Part shown: positions 1-9,303 of the stretch, one piece after another
How positions within the stretch are numbered: position 1 is the stretch's first letter
Layout: each line of letters begins with the position of its first letter
Assembly: GCA_035299305.1 (NCBI GenBank)
Contig: DATGWV010000237.1
Location: 4,235 to 68,234, forward strand
Length of the DNA stretch: 64,000 nt
Source: Phycisphaerales bacterium
GTDB lineage: Bacteria; Planctomycetota; Phycisphaerae; Phycisphaerales; UBA1924
Direction of reading: 5' to 3'
Position numbers and translations under genes: made by a program
Notes under the pieces: generated by a model
Database searches by the model: none
Told to the model about the DNA's origin: nothing
The model's input: only the letters and a program-made list of their open reading frames with translations

Positions 1-276
1 CCGGTGAATGTGGTGTGTCCTGAAGAAGCGACGGCGGATTCGTTCGCGCGGGCGCTGGCGCGGGCGATGGACAAGCCGCTCTTTGCGAAGGTGCCCGCCG
101 CGATGTTGCGTGCGGCCATGGGCGAGCAGGTGGATGGGCTCATCATGTCGACGCGCGTCGCGCCGGATGTGCTGCGGCGCACGGGGTATCAGTTCGCACT
201 GCCTGCGATGGAAGCTGCGATGCGGTGGGAAGTGGGCGCGGTACGGCCTCAGGATGTGGGCATCGCCGTGGCGTGA
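1..276 (+). CDS. C-terminal fragment of a TIGR01777/DUF1731-type (YfcH-like) epimerase family protein; 5' end lies outside the window
   Basis: The frame is open from the window edge to the stop at 274-276. The tail FARALARAMDKPLFAKVPAAMLRAAMGEQVDGLIMSTRVAPDVLRRTGYQF resembles the DUF1731 C-terminal region. Confidence 0.55.
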   Translation, partial: PVNVVCPEEATADSFARALARAMDKPLFAKVPAAMLRAAMGEQVDGLIMSTRVAPDVLRRTGYQFALPAMEAAMRWEVGAVRPQDVGIAVA

Positions 277-305
277 AGGTGTGCGAGAGTGTCGTAAACT
301 GCGGT

Positions 306-959
306 ATGAGCGATCCGCACGCCGCATCGACGCTGACCCATTTGCCACGACCCGCGTTGCCCGCGCAGTTGACGGTCGAGACGCTCGCGCATGCGGAGGC
401 GCTGGTGTGGCGCACGCTCGAGCGCGCGTGCAAGGATCGGCATCATGGCATGCATACGCCGGGACTCGTGACGATCGGCGCGAGCGGGTTTCCGAATCCG
501 CGCACAGTGGTGCTGCGGCGCGTGGATGCGCAGCAGCGGACGATCATGTGTCACACCGATGTGCGCAGCGAGAAGATTCCGGAGATTGCCAAGCATGCGC
601 AGGTTGCGTGGCTCTTTTACGACCCGCAGACGCGGATTCAGTTTCGCATCAGCGCGACGGCGCGGGTGGAGCGTGACACGCCGCTCGCGGATGAGCAGTG
701 GCGGCGGAGCAGCGTGAGCAGTCGGCGGTGTTATCTCGCGGATGTCGCGCCGGGGACGATCACGCAGACGATGCACAGCAATGTGCCCGAGCACTTGCGC
801 GAGCGGAATCCCTCGATGGAGGAGAGCGAGGCGGGGCGGCGCAACTTCGCGGTTGTTGTGACGACAGCGCTGCACGCGGATGTGCTGGAACTCGCGGCGG
901 AGGGGCATCGGCGCGTGGTGTCCAGTTTCGGGGGCACGCCGCAATGGGCGGCGGTGTGA
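306..959 (+). CDS. Pyridoxamine 5'-phosphate oxidase-like FMN-binding family protein
   Basis: Track ORF 225..959. I prefer the in-frame ATG at 306 (MSDPHAAS...). The segment PNPRTVVLRRVD...VAWLFYDPQTRIQFRISATARVE plus the C-terminal RRNFAVVVTTA is typical of the PNPOx-like split-barrel fold. Confidence 0.6.
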   Translation: MSDPHAASTLTHLPRPALPAQLTVETLAHAEALVWRTLERACKDRHHGMHTPGLVTIGASGFPNPRTVVLRRVDAQQRTIMCHTDVRSEKIPEIAKHAQVAWLFYDPQTRIQFRISATARVERDTPLADEQWRRSSVSSRRCYLADVAPGTITQTMHSNVPEHLRERNPSMEESEAGRRNFAVVVTTALHADVLELAAEGHRRVVSSFGGTPQWAAV

Positions 960-1079
960 TTCGGTCTGCTGCGTGATGTGTTCGCGTTCGATTCGGCGTG
1001 GCTCACGCTTCATGGGGAGATGAGTCAGCTTGCACTTTTCAAGCGTTCAAGTATGATGCGACGCGAAGGGAGACTTTCC

Positions 1080-2381
1080 ATGCGTGTTGTCATCGCTGCG
1101 TTGTGCTTGCCGGCTTTGTTGGTGTCTTCGGCTTCTGCGCAGCTGCGCGTGATCATCACGGATCGCACGCAGGACTCGGCGTGGCTGCTCAATGACATCA
1201 ACGGCGACTTCGTCATCACCGAACCCGACGAACTGGTGCGGTGGTATGGTCCGGGCAATGCGAGTGCGCTGCCTGGTGTGCTGAATCCGAACAACATTGG
1301 TTTCATGCGCAACGCGGTGGATGGGCTGGTGCTGATTGGCGATCAGGATTCATCGGCGCGGAAGATCTACTGGACGCGCGATGGCAACAGCGACGGCGAC
1401 GCGATGGACGAAGGTGAAGCTGGCGTGTTCGCTGACTTATCGAGCGGCGCGGGGCAGTGGTTTGCGTTTCCCACGGGCATCACGTTTGACGCGGCGGGCG
1501 TGCCGGTCGTGGTGAACGCGGGCAACGGCTTCGGGCCGGATTCGATCTGGCGATGCAATGATCTGAACAGCGACAAGGACGCGAACGACGCGGGTGAGAC
1601 GACGGCGCTCGCGACGGTCAACGGCTTCTCAACGAGCAACGGCAGCTATTCGCCGCAGGAAGTCGCGTTTGACGCGGACGGCGCGATCATGTTGCGCAAC
1701 TCGTCGGCGAATCTGCACGGCGTGTGGCGCATCAAGGACACGGACGGCAACGGCATCGCCGATCAGCCGAGCGAGTTTGCGTTGTGGTATGGTCTGGGCA
1801 ACGCGGCGGGCTTCACGATGAGCGCCGGATTCGCGATTGACAACGACCTCGTGCGGCCTGGCGCGTTTTATTACCAGAGCGTGGCGAGCGGCGGCGTGGA
1901 TGAGATTTATCGGCTGCGCGACAACAACAACGATGGCGACGCGCAGGATGATGGGGAAGCGGTGCTGGTGTACACGACGAGCGAAACGGGCTTCACCATC
2001 ATCGATGTCGCGTCGCTGGCGGATGGTTCGCTGCTGGTGACTGACAACAGCGGCAAGCGTGTGTTCCGACTGGTGGATCGTGACGGGGACGACAAGTTCC
2101 TCGCCGCGAATGAGCGCGATGTGTTCCTCGCAGCGTCGAGCACGTTTGGTGATGTGCGCAATCTTGCGATCGTGCGCGATGTGCAGGTGTGCCAGGACAT
2201 CGACTTCAATAACAACGGCGTCTTTCCTGAGGATCAGGACGTGGTTGACTTCTTCGATGTGCTCGCGGGCGGCAGCTGCGCGGCGTGCAACACGATTGAC
2301 TTCAACAACAACGGCGTCTTCCCTGAGGATCAGGATGTGATCGACTTCTTCAACGTGCTGGCGGGCGGCAACTGCCCGTGA
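1080..2381 (+). CDS. Secreted repeat protein with five Ca-binding-like D-x-[DN]-x-DGD motifs and a C-terminal tandem dockerin-like module
   Basis: ATG at 1080 gives MRVVIAALCLPALLVSSASAQ, a signal-peptide-like N terminus. There are five spaced repeats: IYWTRDGNSDGDAMDEGE, IWRCNDLNSDKDANDAGE, VWRIKDTDGNGIADQPSE, IYRLRDNNNDGDAQDDGE and VFRLVDRDGDDKF. The protein ends with the 63-aa module shared with two other genes. Confidence 0.8.
   Translation: MRVVIAALCLPALLVSSASAQLRVIITDRTQDSAWLLNDINGDFVITEPDELVRWYGPGNASALPGVLNPNNIGFMRNAVDGLVLIGDQDSSARKIYWTRDGNSDGDAMDEGEAGVFADLSSGAGQWFAFPTGITFDAAGVPVVVNAGNGFGPDSIWRCNDLNSDKDANDAGETTALATVNGFSTSNGSYSPQEVAFDADGAIMLRNSSANLHGVWRIKDTDGNGIADQPSEFALWYGLGNAAGFTMSAGFAIDNDLVRPGAFYYQSVASGGVDEIYRLRDNNNDGDAQDDGEAVLVYTTSETGFTIIDVASLADGSLLVTDNSGKRVFRLVDRDGDDKFLAANERDVFLAASSTFGDVRNLAIVRDVQVCQDIDFNNNGVFPEDQDVVDFFDVLAGGSCAACNTIDFNNNGVFPEDQDVIDFFNVLAGGNCP
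2190..2378 (+). other. Tandem dockerin-like C-terminal module, copy 1 of 3 in the window
   Basis: CQDIDFNNNGVFPEDQDVVDFFDVLAGGSCAAC + NTIDFNNNGVFPEDQDVIDFFNVLAGGNCP, then the stop codon. Confidence 0.75.
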
Positions 2382-2410
2382 GCGATGTGCGATAGCGCAA
2401 ACCAACGAAA

Positions 2411-2440
2411 AAAACCCGCAGTTTTGCAACTGCGGGGTTC
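2411..2440. terminator. Hairpin between two convergent genes, probably a bidirectional intrinsic terminator
   Basis: A 9-bp stem, cccgcagtt (2415-2423) pairing with aactgcggg (2428-2436), with a 4-nt loop. An A-run precedes it and T-rich sequence follows. It lies between the stops at 2381 (+) and 2465 (-). Confidence 0.6.
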
Positions 2441-2464
2441 GTGTGTTCAGCGTGCGAGCGAGAT

Positions 2465-4888
2465 TTACTCCTCGTCCTTCCAGCCTTGGCTGCTGGTTTC
2501 AATCTTCACGTCAGTCAGCTGCTCGTTCACGTTCGAGAACTGCTGCTGCTGATCCTGCTGCGTGGGCTGCAGCGCGTTCTGCACGTTGCTGGTCTGGCCG
2601 TAGTAGCTGAGCATGTAGGTGTACCAGTTGCTGAGGCCGCCCGTGAAGCCGGTGGGGCCGTTCCACTTGTTGGCGACGGGGCCGTTGAAGTTGAAGTTGG
2701 TGGGCAGGGTCTTGCTGGTGTCGACGGATTCCAGCAGCGTGCTGGCCATGAGCAGATCGCTCTGCTGCGTGAGGCCGGTCTGCACGGGGTTTTGGTTCAT
2801 CTCGTTGAGAGCGTTCCAGGTGGCCTGCGTGGCGGCGTCGTTGCTGTAGCTGTTATTGAAGCTGTTGAAGTCGGTGGTCGCGACCTGCTCGTTCGTCCAG
2901 GTGCTCTCGGGGTTAGTGGTTTCAGCGGGAAGAGCGGTGAAGGTGGGGGTGTTATCAGCGAGAGCTTCGAAGTTCTCGTTGTTGATCGTGGGAGTGGTGT
3001 TGGTGCTGACCTGTTCCGTCGCCTGGACCTGCAGCAGGTTCTCGGCGGCTTCCTTGTTGATCACGCGATCGAGGAAGCTGCGGTTGGTGGTCGGGGCCTT
3101 CTTGCCGGTCAGACGCTCACGCATCTGGATCATTTCGGGCTGGCCCGGGTTCAGACCCAGCGAGCGCTCGGCCTTGTTGAGAGCGCCGGCGGTGTCGCCT
3201 TCGCGAGCCATGCGTTCAGCCTCGATGTTGAGGTTGTTGGTCATGCGATCGCGGCTCCAGAAGAGCGTGCCTTCGCGCGAGCCGGCGACGATGCGGTCAA
3301 CGTATTCGCTGCCGCGTTCGCCCGACTCGGTGATCATCGCGTCATCGACGATGGTGGGCGTGATGAGGAAGATGATTTCGTTGCGGTTGGTGCTGTCGTC
3401 GTGACCGCGGAAGGCGTTGCCGATGAAGGGGATGTCGCCCAGGATCGGAACCTGCTTGCGGGTGACGGTGACGTTCTCGCGGAACAGACCGCCCAGGACG
3501 ACGGTCTGGCCGTCGCGGACGAGAATGTTGGTCGTGATTTCGTTGGTGATTTCGTCAGGGATCGTGACGGGGTTGCCGCCGATGTCGCTGATCTGACGGA
3601 TCGCGGCTTCAGCGACCTTGGGCTTCACTTCCATGCGGATGAGGCCGTTGGTGGTCACGAAGGGACGGAAGTAGAGGCTGGTACCAGTGTCGAGGAATTC
3701 GACGCTCTGGGTGGTGCTGGTGTCGGTGGCAGTCGTGTTGAGGTAACCGACCTTACGACCGACCAGGACGCGGCCGCTCTGGCGGTTGAGCGTCATGATC
3801 TTGGGGTTGCTCAGCACGGTGGTGTCAGTGATTTCGTCGAGAGCGCGGACGAAGACGCCCACGTCGTTGCTGACGATACCGACCTTGATGCCGCCAGAGC
3901 CGCTGGCGACGTTGCCGACGCTGCTGCCGACGCCTGACGCGCCGCGGTCCTGCGAGGCGCCGCCGACTGCAGCGTCGCTGTTGCCGGCGAGAATGCTGTT
4001 GACGGCCTGCAGCGGCGTGCCGACGTAGTCGGTGAAGCTCATGTCAGCGACGACGCTGAAGTCAACGCCCAGGGCGTTGGCTTCGTTGAGCTGCGTCTGC
4101 AGGACGGTGGCTTCGACGAGCACCTGCGCGGGGCGGGTGTCGATCTGTCGGACCATTTCTTCAACCTGCGCGACGTTCTCTTCGTAGTCGTAGACGACGA
4201 GCAATGAGCCGTGGGCGTAGTCCTCTGCGCCGCTGGGGGTTTCGCCCGCGGCGGCGAAGGTGCCGGCCTTGCTGTTGACCTTGATCTGGCCATCGGGGCT
4301 GAGCAGGGGCTTGACGAATTCAGCCGCGTCGACTGAGTTCATGTAGCTGAGGGTGATGACCTTGCTGACCTTGTTGCGCAGCTCGGCCTGCTTCTTGGTG
4401 AGTTCATCGAGGGTGTAGATCTTGATGAAGTTGCCTTCTTCGATGAAGCCGTAGCCGTTGACGTTGAGGATGGCGTCGAGGGCTTCGTAGAAGGTGACGC
4501 CGTAGAGGTTCGCCGTGACGCGGGCCTGCACGTCCTTGCTAGCGATGATGTTCTTCTGGCTCTGGATGCTGAGCATCTCGAGCACGTTGGCGAGGTCTTC
4601 GTCCTTGACGTGCAGGTCGACGGTCATGTTGTCATCGATGACAACATTGCTGTCTTCGTTGGCGTCAGGCTGCGTGGTGTCCATGTTCGCCGAGTCGTCG
4701 GCGGTGGCGGGCTGAGCCGGAGCCCAGTCAGTGGAAGGAGCCGCGGCGGGCGCGGTCTCGGGGGTCGTCTGCGGGGCGGCGGGGGCCGCGGGCTGCGTGG
4801 TGTCTTGGGCCAGTACCACCGTCGTTCCGGCGGCGAAGGCCAACAGCACGCCCATCACATTCTTCAAGTTGTTGCGCTTGCTCGTCAT
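2465..4888 (-). CDS. Secretin (GspD/PilQ family) with a TPR-like segment and a long N/Q/T/S-rich C-terminal extension
   Basis: Track ORF 2465..5002. The ATG at 4888 gives MTSKRNNLKNVMGVLLAFAAGTTVVLAQ, which looks like a signal peptide. The secretin N domain is seen in NVLEMLSIQSQKNIIASKDVQARVTANLYGVTFYEALDAILNVNGY. The secretin core is seen in VLSNPKIMTLNRQSGRVLVG...IIFLITPTIVDD. Confidence 0.85.
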   Translation of the reverse strand: MTSKRNNLKNVMGVLLAFAAGTTVVLAQDTTQPAAPAAPQTTPETAPAAAPSTDWAPAQPATADDSANMDTTQPDANEDSNVVIDDNMTVDLHVKDEDLANVLEMLSIQSQKNIIASKDVQARVTANLYGVTFYEALDAILNVNGYGFIEEGNFIKIYTLDELTKKQAELRNKVSKVITLSYMNSVDAAEFVKPLLSPDGQIKVNSKAGTFAAAGETPSGAEDYAHGSLLVVYDYEENVAQVEEMVRQIDTRPAQVLVEATVLQTQLNEANALGVDFSVVADMSFTDYVGTPLQAVNSILAGNSDAAVGGASQDRGASGVGSSVGNVASGSGGIKVGIVSNDVGVFVRALDEITDTTVLSNPKIMTLNRQSGRVLVGRKVGYLNTTATDTSTTQSVEFLDTGTSLYFRPFVTTNGLIRMEVKPKVAEAAIRQISDIGGNPVTIPDEITNEITTNILVRDGQTVVLGGLFRENVTVTRKQVPILGDIPFIGNAFRGHDDSTNRNEIIFLITPTIVDDAMITESGERGSEYVDRIVAGSREGTLFWSRDRMTNNLNIEAERMAREGDTAGALNKAERSLGLNPGQPEMIQMRERLTGKKAPTTNRSFLDRVINKEAAENLLQVQATEQVSTNTTPTINNENFEALADNTPTFTALPAETTNPESTWTNEQVATTDFNSFNNSYSNDAATQATWNALNEMNQNPVQTGLTQQSDLLMASTLLESVDTSKTLPTNFNFNGPVANKWNGPTGFTGGLSNWYTYMLSYYGQTSNVQNALQPTQQDQQQQFSNVNEQLTDVKIETSSQGWKDEE

Positions 4889-5179
4889 TGCATAATCCTC
4901 GCTGCGGAAGACTGACTTCAGGGCACCGCCCACCAGGGCGAACCGCACATCTCCGGTTGTCGGAACATGCGCGGCCGATCCGGCGGATACGCCCGCCTTC
5001 AACCACGCATCAGTGAGGTCGGTTGGATAAAGGGGCGACTTTGGGCAAGCGCGCGAAATCGAAGCGACTATCTCGAATAAACGGCATCAAACGCCCGCGC
5101 AGGAGGTGCGGACCCTGACGGCCTGCTCACAAACCATGCCGGTTCCTGCAAGTTTTCACACGCTTTTCGAGGACCACAC

Positions 5180-5719
5180 ATGGCGGAACATGCCCAGAAC
5201 ATCGTCGCCGGCGCCAAGCGCGCGGCTCAGTACGCGGAACTCATGCTGAAAGATGTGGACCCGGCAAAGGCCGGCAGCAAGCCGCGGGGCATGAACAACG
5301 TCGTTATCGATACCAACACGCCGTCGTTCGTCTTCGGGCATCTTGCTATCTATCCGGCACGCGTGCTGACATTACTTGGTCGACCTGAGAATGAGATCGC
5401 AGCGATCAAGGTGACGGAGCAGTGGGAGAATCTGTTTAAGGCTGGCGCGCCGTGCGAAGATGACACGGGCAACACCAAGTATCCGGCGTTCAAAACGCTG
5501 AGCGATCATTTCCTTAAAGCACACGCCACGGCGATGCAGGCGCTGGAAGTGACACCTGACGCGCAGCTCACGGCCGTCTTTCCTGATCCCGCGCGGCGCG
5601 AGGTGTTTCCGACGATCGGTGCGGCCATCAACTTCCTTATGATCGGGCACCCGATGGTCCACTTGGGACAAGTCAGCGCGTGGCGGCGATGTATGGGACT
5701 CAAGTCCGCCTTGGCCTAA
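5180..5719 (+). CDS. DinB-superfamily protein
   Basis: 179-aa ORF starting at an ATG. It has a four-helix-bundle-like pattern ending in FLMIGHPMVHLGQVSAWRRCMG, a DinB-type His motif. Confidence 0.6.
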   Translation: MAEHAQNIVAGAKRAAQYAELMLKDVDPAKAGSKPRGMNNVVIDTNTPSFVFGHLAIYPARVLTLLGRPENEIAAIKVTEQWENLFKAGAPCEDDTGNTKYPAFKTLSDHFLKAHATAMQALEVTPDAQLTAVFPDPARREVFPTIGAAINFLMIGHPMVHLGQVSAWRRCMGLKSALA

Positions 5720-6096
5720 GCCGACAAACTGGTGGTGAGTGTCACGCGGCGGAGTGGTCTCCGTCGCGTTTTCGCTTTGTGGTCCCAATAACTTCACTGC
5801 AGACGGTGTATGTTCGGAATCGTCGATACGCAAGTCCAGATGGAGACAAGTGTTCTGACACATTCCGGCAAATGGATGAAACTTCTCTTGCGTGGGGATG
5901 CTGTTCAGGTAGACTGATATCCGGAGGACATCGTCGCATTGCCTTGGCAATGTACTTGGGCTGCACCCCGGGACGAATGCCACAGGGCATTGCGCCGATG
6001 GTCTCCAAAATCGTGTGTCCGGCTCGATCGAGCTGGTTTCTAAGGCAGATTTCCTGCCAATCGTGTTTGGGATACTTCGTGAGAAGGGAACTCATC

Positions 6097-9000
6097 ATGC
6101 GGAAGATGTGTACGACGCTTGGCGTCAGCTTTACGTTGCTGCTCGCTCAAGCCGCCCTCGCGGGCGACAACTGTGCGGCGCCCACGGTCGTGACGGCCGG
6201 GACGACGCCGTTCGACAACTCGGCGGCGACCGATGACGGCACCGACGCGCCCTGCGCGACGTTCGGTGGTCTCGACGGTCTTGATCTGTACTTCAGCTAC
6301 ACGCCCCCGAGCGGCGTGACGACCATCACGGTCAACACCTGCGGCAGTGGCGACACCACGCTGCAGGTTTTGAGTTCGTGCGGCGGCACCAGCCTCGCGT
6401 GCAACGATGACAGCTGCGGGCTTTCGAGCCAGGTCAGCGGCGTTGCCGTGACAGCCGGCACGCCTGTGATCATTCGCGTTGCCAGCTGGGGCGGCACTCC
6501 GGTGCCGATCACCGCAGGCGTGCTGACGATCATTGAATCGGGCGGCGGCGGTGGCGTGGCCAACGACAACTGCTCGACCGCCGCGACGGTCGTTGCCGGT
6601 TCGAACGCCTACGACAGCACGGGCGCGACCGACGACGGTCTTGACGCATCCTGTGCGTTCGGCGGGGCCGACAATGCTGACGTGTGGTTCCGCTACGTCG
6701 CTCCTGCTGGCGCTCAGTCGATCTCAGTCGATACGGGCGCGGGTTCGATTCCTGACACCACCCTCGCCATCTTTGATGCGTGCGGTGGCGCTGAAGTCGC
6801 GTGCGACGACGACGGCGATCCCAACGGCCTCCGCAGCCGCATCAGCGGTTTCCCGGTTGTCGGCGGCGGCGTCTACTTCATCCGCGCGGCGTCTTGGGAT
6901 ACGAGCGCTGGTGGCCCCGGCGTGCTGACGATCACCGAGAGCTTCGCGCCTCCGGCTGCCGGCGACATCTGCTCCACGGCTCTCGCCATCACGGCAGCGG
7001 CCTCGCCCGTGTCGTTTGACACCTCGGCTGCTGGCTTCAACCCGAACGCGGCGACGAGCTGCGGCTTCGGCACGGCTGCCGGCAACGACATCTTCTACTC
7101 GTACACCGCGGCTCTGACCGGTCAGACGACCTTGAGCTTCTGCGGCAGCGGCTTTGACACCGTTGTCGAAGTGTTCGATGCGTGCAGCGGCACCTCGATC
7201 GCGTGCAACGATGACAGCTGCGGTCTGCAGAGCGAAGTGTCGTTCCTGACGACCGCCGGCACGGCGTACATCGTGCAGGTTGACGGGTACAACGGCGCGT
7301 CGGGCGCTGGCTCGTTCACCATCACGGAAGTTCCTGCCGTCGTTCCCAGCAACGACAACTGCGCCACGGCCACCGTCGCGATCGCAGGCAGCAACCCCCT
7401 CAACAACACGTTCGCCACGAACGATGGTCTGGTCGCGAGCTGCGCCTTCCTGGGCGGCCCTGATCAGAACGACGTGTGGTTCTCCTACACCGCCACGACC
7501 ACCGGCTTCGTGCAGTTTGACACGCTGAACAGCACCGTGCTGGATGACACCACGCTCTCGATCTACGACGAGTGCGGTGGCACCGAAATCGCGTGCAACG
7601 ACGACGCGGGCACGGGCCTGCTGAGCCGTATCGTTCTCAGCGTCACCGCTGGCGAAGACTACTTCGTCCGCGTGGCGTCTTACGACGGCGCTGCGACCGG
7701 CGATGGCGATCTGACCATCACCGAAGGCGTCGCTCCTCCGCCGGCCAACGATCTGTGCACCAACGCCATCGCCTTCACGGGCAGCACGGCGTCGCCGATC
7801 ACGTTTGACACGACCCTCGCCGAGAGCGAAGGCACCAACCCCTGCGGCGGCAGCGGTCCTGACATCTACTACGCCTACACGGCTTCGGCCACCGGCACGG
7901 CTCTGGTCAGCCTGTGCGGCAGCAGCTTCGACAGCACCCTCCAGGTGTACGACGGCTGCGGCGGCGCGACGGTTGGCGGCTGCAGCGACGACACTTGCGG
8001 CGCGCAGAGCGAAGTGACGATCTGCGTCACCGCTGGCACCACCTACATCATTCAGGTTGACGGCTTCGGTGGCTCGAGCGGCGTGGGCCAGCTCGCTGTC
8101 ACCGAAACCCCCGGCAGCGGCACGGTGGCGAACGACGAGTGCAGCGGCGCGATCGTTGCGAACGTCGGCACGACCGAGTTTGACAACAACTGCGCCACCG
8201 GCGGCAGCGGTCCGGGCACCTGCGCTGCAGGCGGCGCGGACGGCGCTGACGTGTGGTTCAGCTTCACCCCGACCGGCACGTGCTACACCATCGACACCGA
8301 TGCGAGCACGGGCCTCACGGACACCGTCATCCAACTCTTCGACAGCTGCTCGGCCACCACGGCCATCGGCTGCGATGACGATGGCGGCGCGGTTGGTCTG
8401 CTCAGCAGCCTGACGGTTGCGAACCTCACCCCCGGCCAGACCTACTTCATCCGCGTTGCGGGTTGGGGTGCGTCTCCGAACCGTGGTGCGGGTACGCTGA
8501 CCATCACCGACAACGGTGACTGCCCCTGCAACCCCTACGTTGCCGCTCCTTCGAGCGCTGTGGCGGAAGCGGAAGTCTGTGGCAGCGATGCGAACGGTGG
8601 CTGCAACATGACCACCCCGACCTTCGAAGCCATCACCTGCGGTACCACGATTGCTGGTACCAGCTGGAAGGACTTCGCTGGCGCTGGCCTGCGTGACACT
8701 GACTGGTACGAGTTCACCATCAGCACCACGTCGGACATCGTCATCACCGGTCGTTCGCAGTTCAACCCCCAGCTCGCGCTGATCAACAACCAGTGCGGCG
8801 CTGGCCTCCAGGTCCTCGCGACCAACCCGGCTCCGCTGGCTGGTTGCTCGGACATGAACCTCACGGTCAATGACCTGCCCGCCGGCACGTACCGCGTGTT
8901 CGTCGGCATGGCTGGGGCTCAGCCCGACACGCTGTGCGGCAGCGGCGCCAATGACTACTGGTTCAACCTGACTGTCAATGACTCCACCGCTGGTGTCTGC

Positions 9001-9189
9001 GACATCGACTTCAACAACAACTGCGTCTTCCCCGAAGACGGCGACGTGATCGACTTCTTCAACGTCCTCGCAGGCGCTGAATGCCTCACCTGCGACAGCA
9101 TCGACTTCAACCGCAACGCAGTGTTCCCCGAAGATCAGGACGTGATCGACTTCTTCAACGTCCTGGCCGGCGCGCCCTGCCCCTACTAA
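6097..9189 (+). CDS. Giant secreted protein with about seven ~125-aa Cys-containing repeat modules and a C-terminal tandem dockerin-like module
   Basis: Track ORF 5680..9189. The ATG at 6097 is preceded by gagaaggga and gives MRKMCTTLGVSFTLLLAQAALAGDNC. Modules restart at DNCAAP, NDNCSTA, GDICSTA, NDNCATA, NDLCTNA and NDECSGA, plus one divergent last module. Each module contains DVWF.Y, CGG...ACNDD and LTITE. Confidence 0.85.
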   Translation: MRKMCTTLGVSFTLLLAQAALAGDNCAAPTVVTAGTTPFDNSAATDDGTDAPCATFGGLDGLDLYFSYTPPSGVTTITVNTCGSGDTTLQVLSSCGGTSLACNDDSCGLSSQVSGVAVTAGTPVIIRVASWGGTPVPITAGVLTIIESGGGGGVANDNCSTAATVVAGSNAYDSTGATDDGLDASCAFGGADNADVWFRYVAPAGAQSISVDTGAGSIPDTTLAIFDACGGAEVACDDDGDPNGLRSRISGFPVVGGGVYFIRAASWDTSAGGPGVLTITESFAPPAAGDICSTALAITAAASPVSFDTSAAGFNPNAATSCGFGTAAGNDIFYSYTAALTGQTTLSFCGSGFDTVVEVFDACSGTSIACNDDSCGLQSEVSFLTTAGTAYIVQVDGYNGASGAGSFTITEVPAVVPSNDNCATATVAIAGSNPLNNTFATNDGLVASCAFLGGPDQNDVWFSYTATTTGFVQFDTLNSTVLDDTTLSIYDECGGTEIACNDDAGTGLLSRIVLSVTAGEDYFVRVASYDGAATGDGDLTITEGVAPPPANDLCTNAIAFTGSTASPITFDTTLAESEGTNPCGGSGPDIYYAYTASATGTALVSLCGSSFDSTLQVYDGCGGATVGGCSDDTCGAQSEVTICVTAGTTYIIQVDGFGGSSGVGQLAVTETPGSGTVANDECSGAIVANVGTTEFDNNCATGGSGPGTCAAGGADGADVWFSFTPTGTCYTIDTDASTGLTDTVIQLFDSCSATTAIGCDDDGGAVGLLSSLTVANLTPGQTYFIRVAGWGASPNRGAGTLTITDNGDCPCNPYVAAPSSAVAEAEVCGSDANGGCNMTTPTFEAITCGTTIAGTSWKDFAGAGLRDTDWYEFTISTTSDIVITGRSQFNPQLALINNQCGAGLQVLATNPAPLAGCSDMNLTVNDLPAGTYRVFVGMAGAQPDTLCGSGANDYWFNLTVNDSTAGVCDIDFNNNCVFPEDGDVIDFFNVLAGAECLTCDSIDFNRNAVFPEDQDVIDFFNVLAGAPCPY
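8998..9186 (+). other. Tandem dockerin-like C-terminal module, copy 2 of 3
   Basis: CDIDFNNNCVFPEDGDVIDFFNVLAGAECLTC + DSIDFNRNAVFPEDQDVIDFFNVLAGAPCPY, then the stop codon. Confidence 0.75.
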
Positions 9190-9268
9190 AGATCCCTCTC
9201 GTGTTCAAGTTCGTGATGAACGAGCGATGAACATGCGATCTGAGATCTGACTTGTTTGCAAGTCACGC

Positions 9269-9303
9269 AAGGCCCGAGTGAAAACTCGGGCCTTGTTCTT
9301 TTT
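9269..9303 (+). terminator. Intrinsic terminator downstream of the giant repeat protein
   Basis: An 11-bp stem, aaggcccgagt (9269-9279) pairing with actcgggcctt (9284-9294), with a GAAA loop, followed by gttcttttt. Confidence 0.65.

Noticed and set aside
5680-6096. The N-terminal 139 codons of track ORF 5680..9189, which would extend the giant protein upstream and overlap the DinB gene.
   Set aside because: The extension has no signal peptide and has odd composition. The internal ATG at 6097 has a purine-rich Shine-Dalgarno-like tract and yields a canonical signal peptide. The same logic was applied to the trimmed starts at 1080, 4888, 12682, 16293, 21822, 23026, 29044, 32142, 38929 and 43173.
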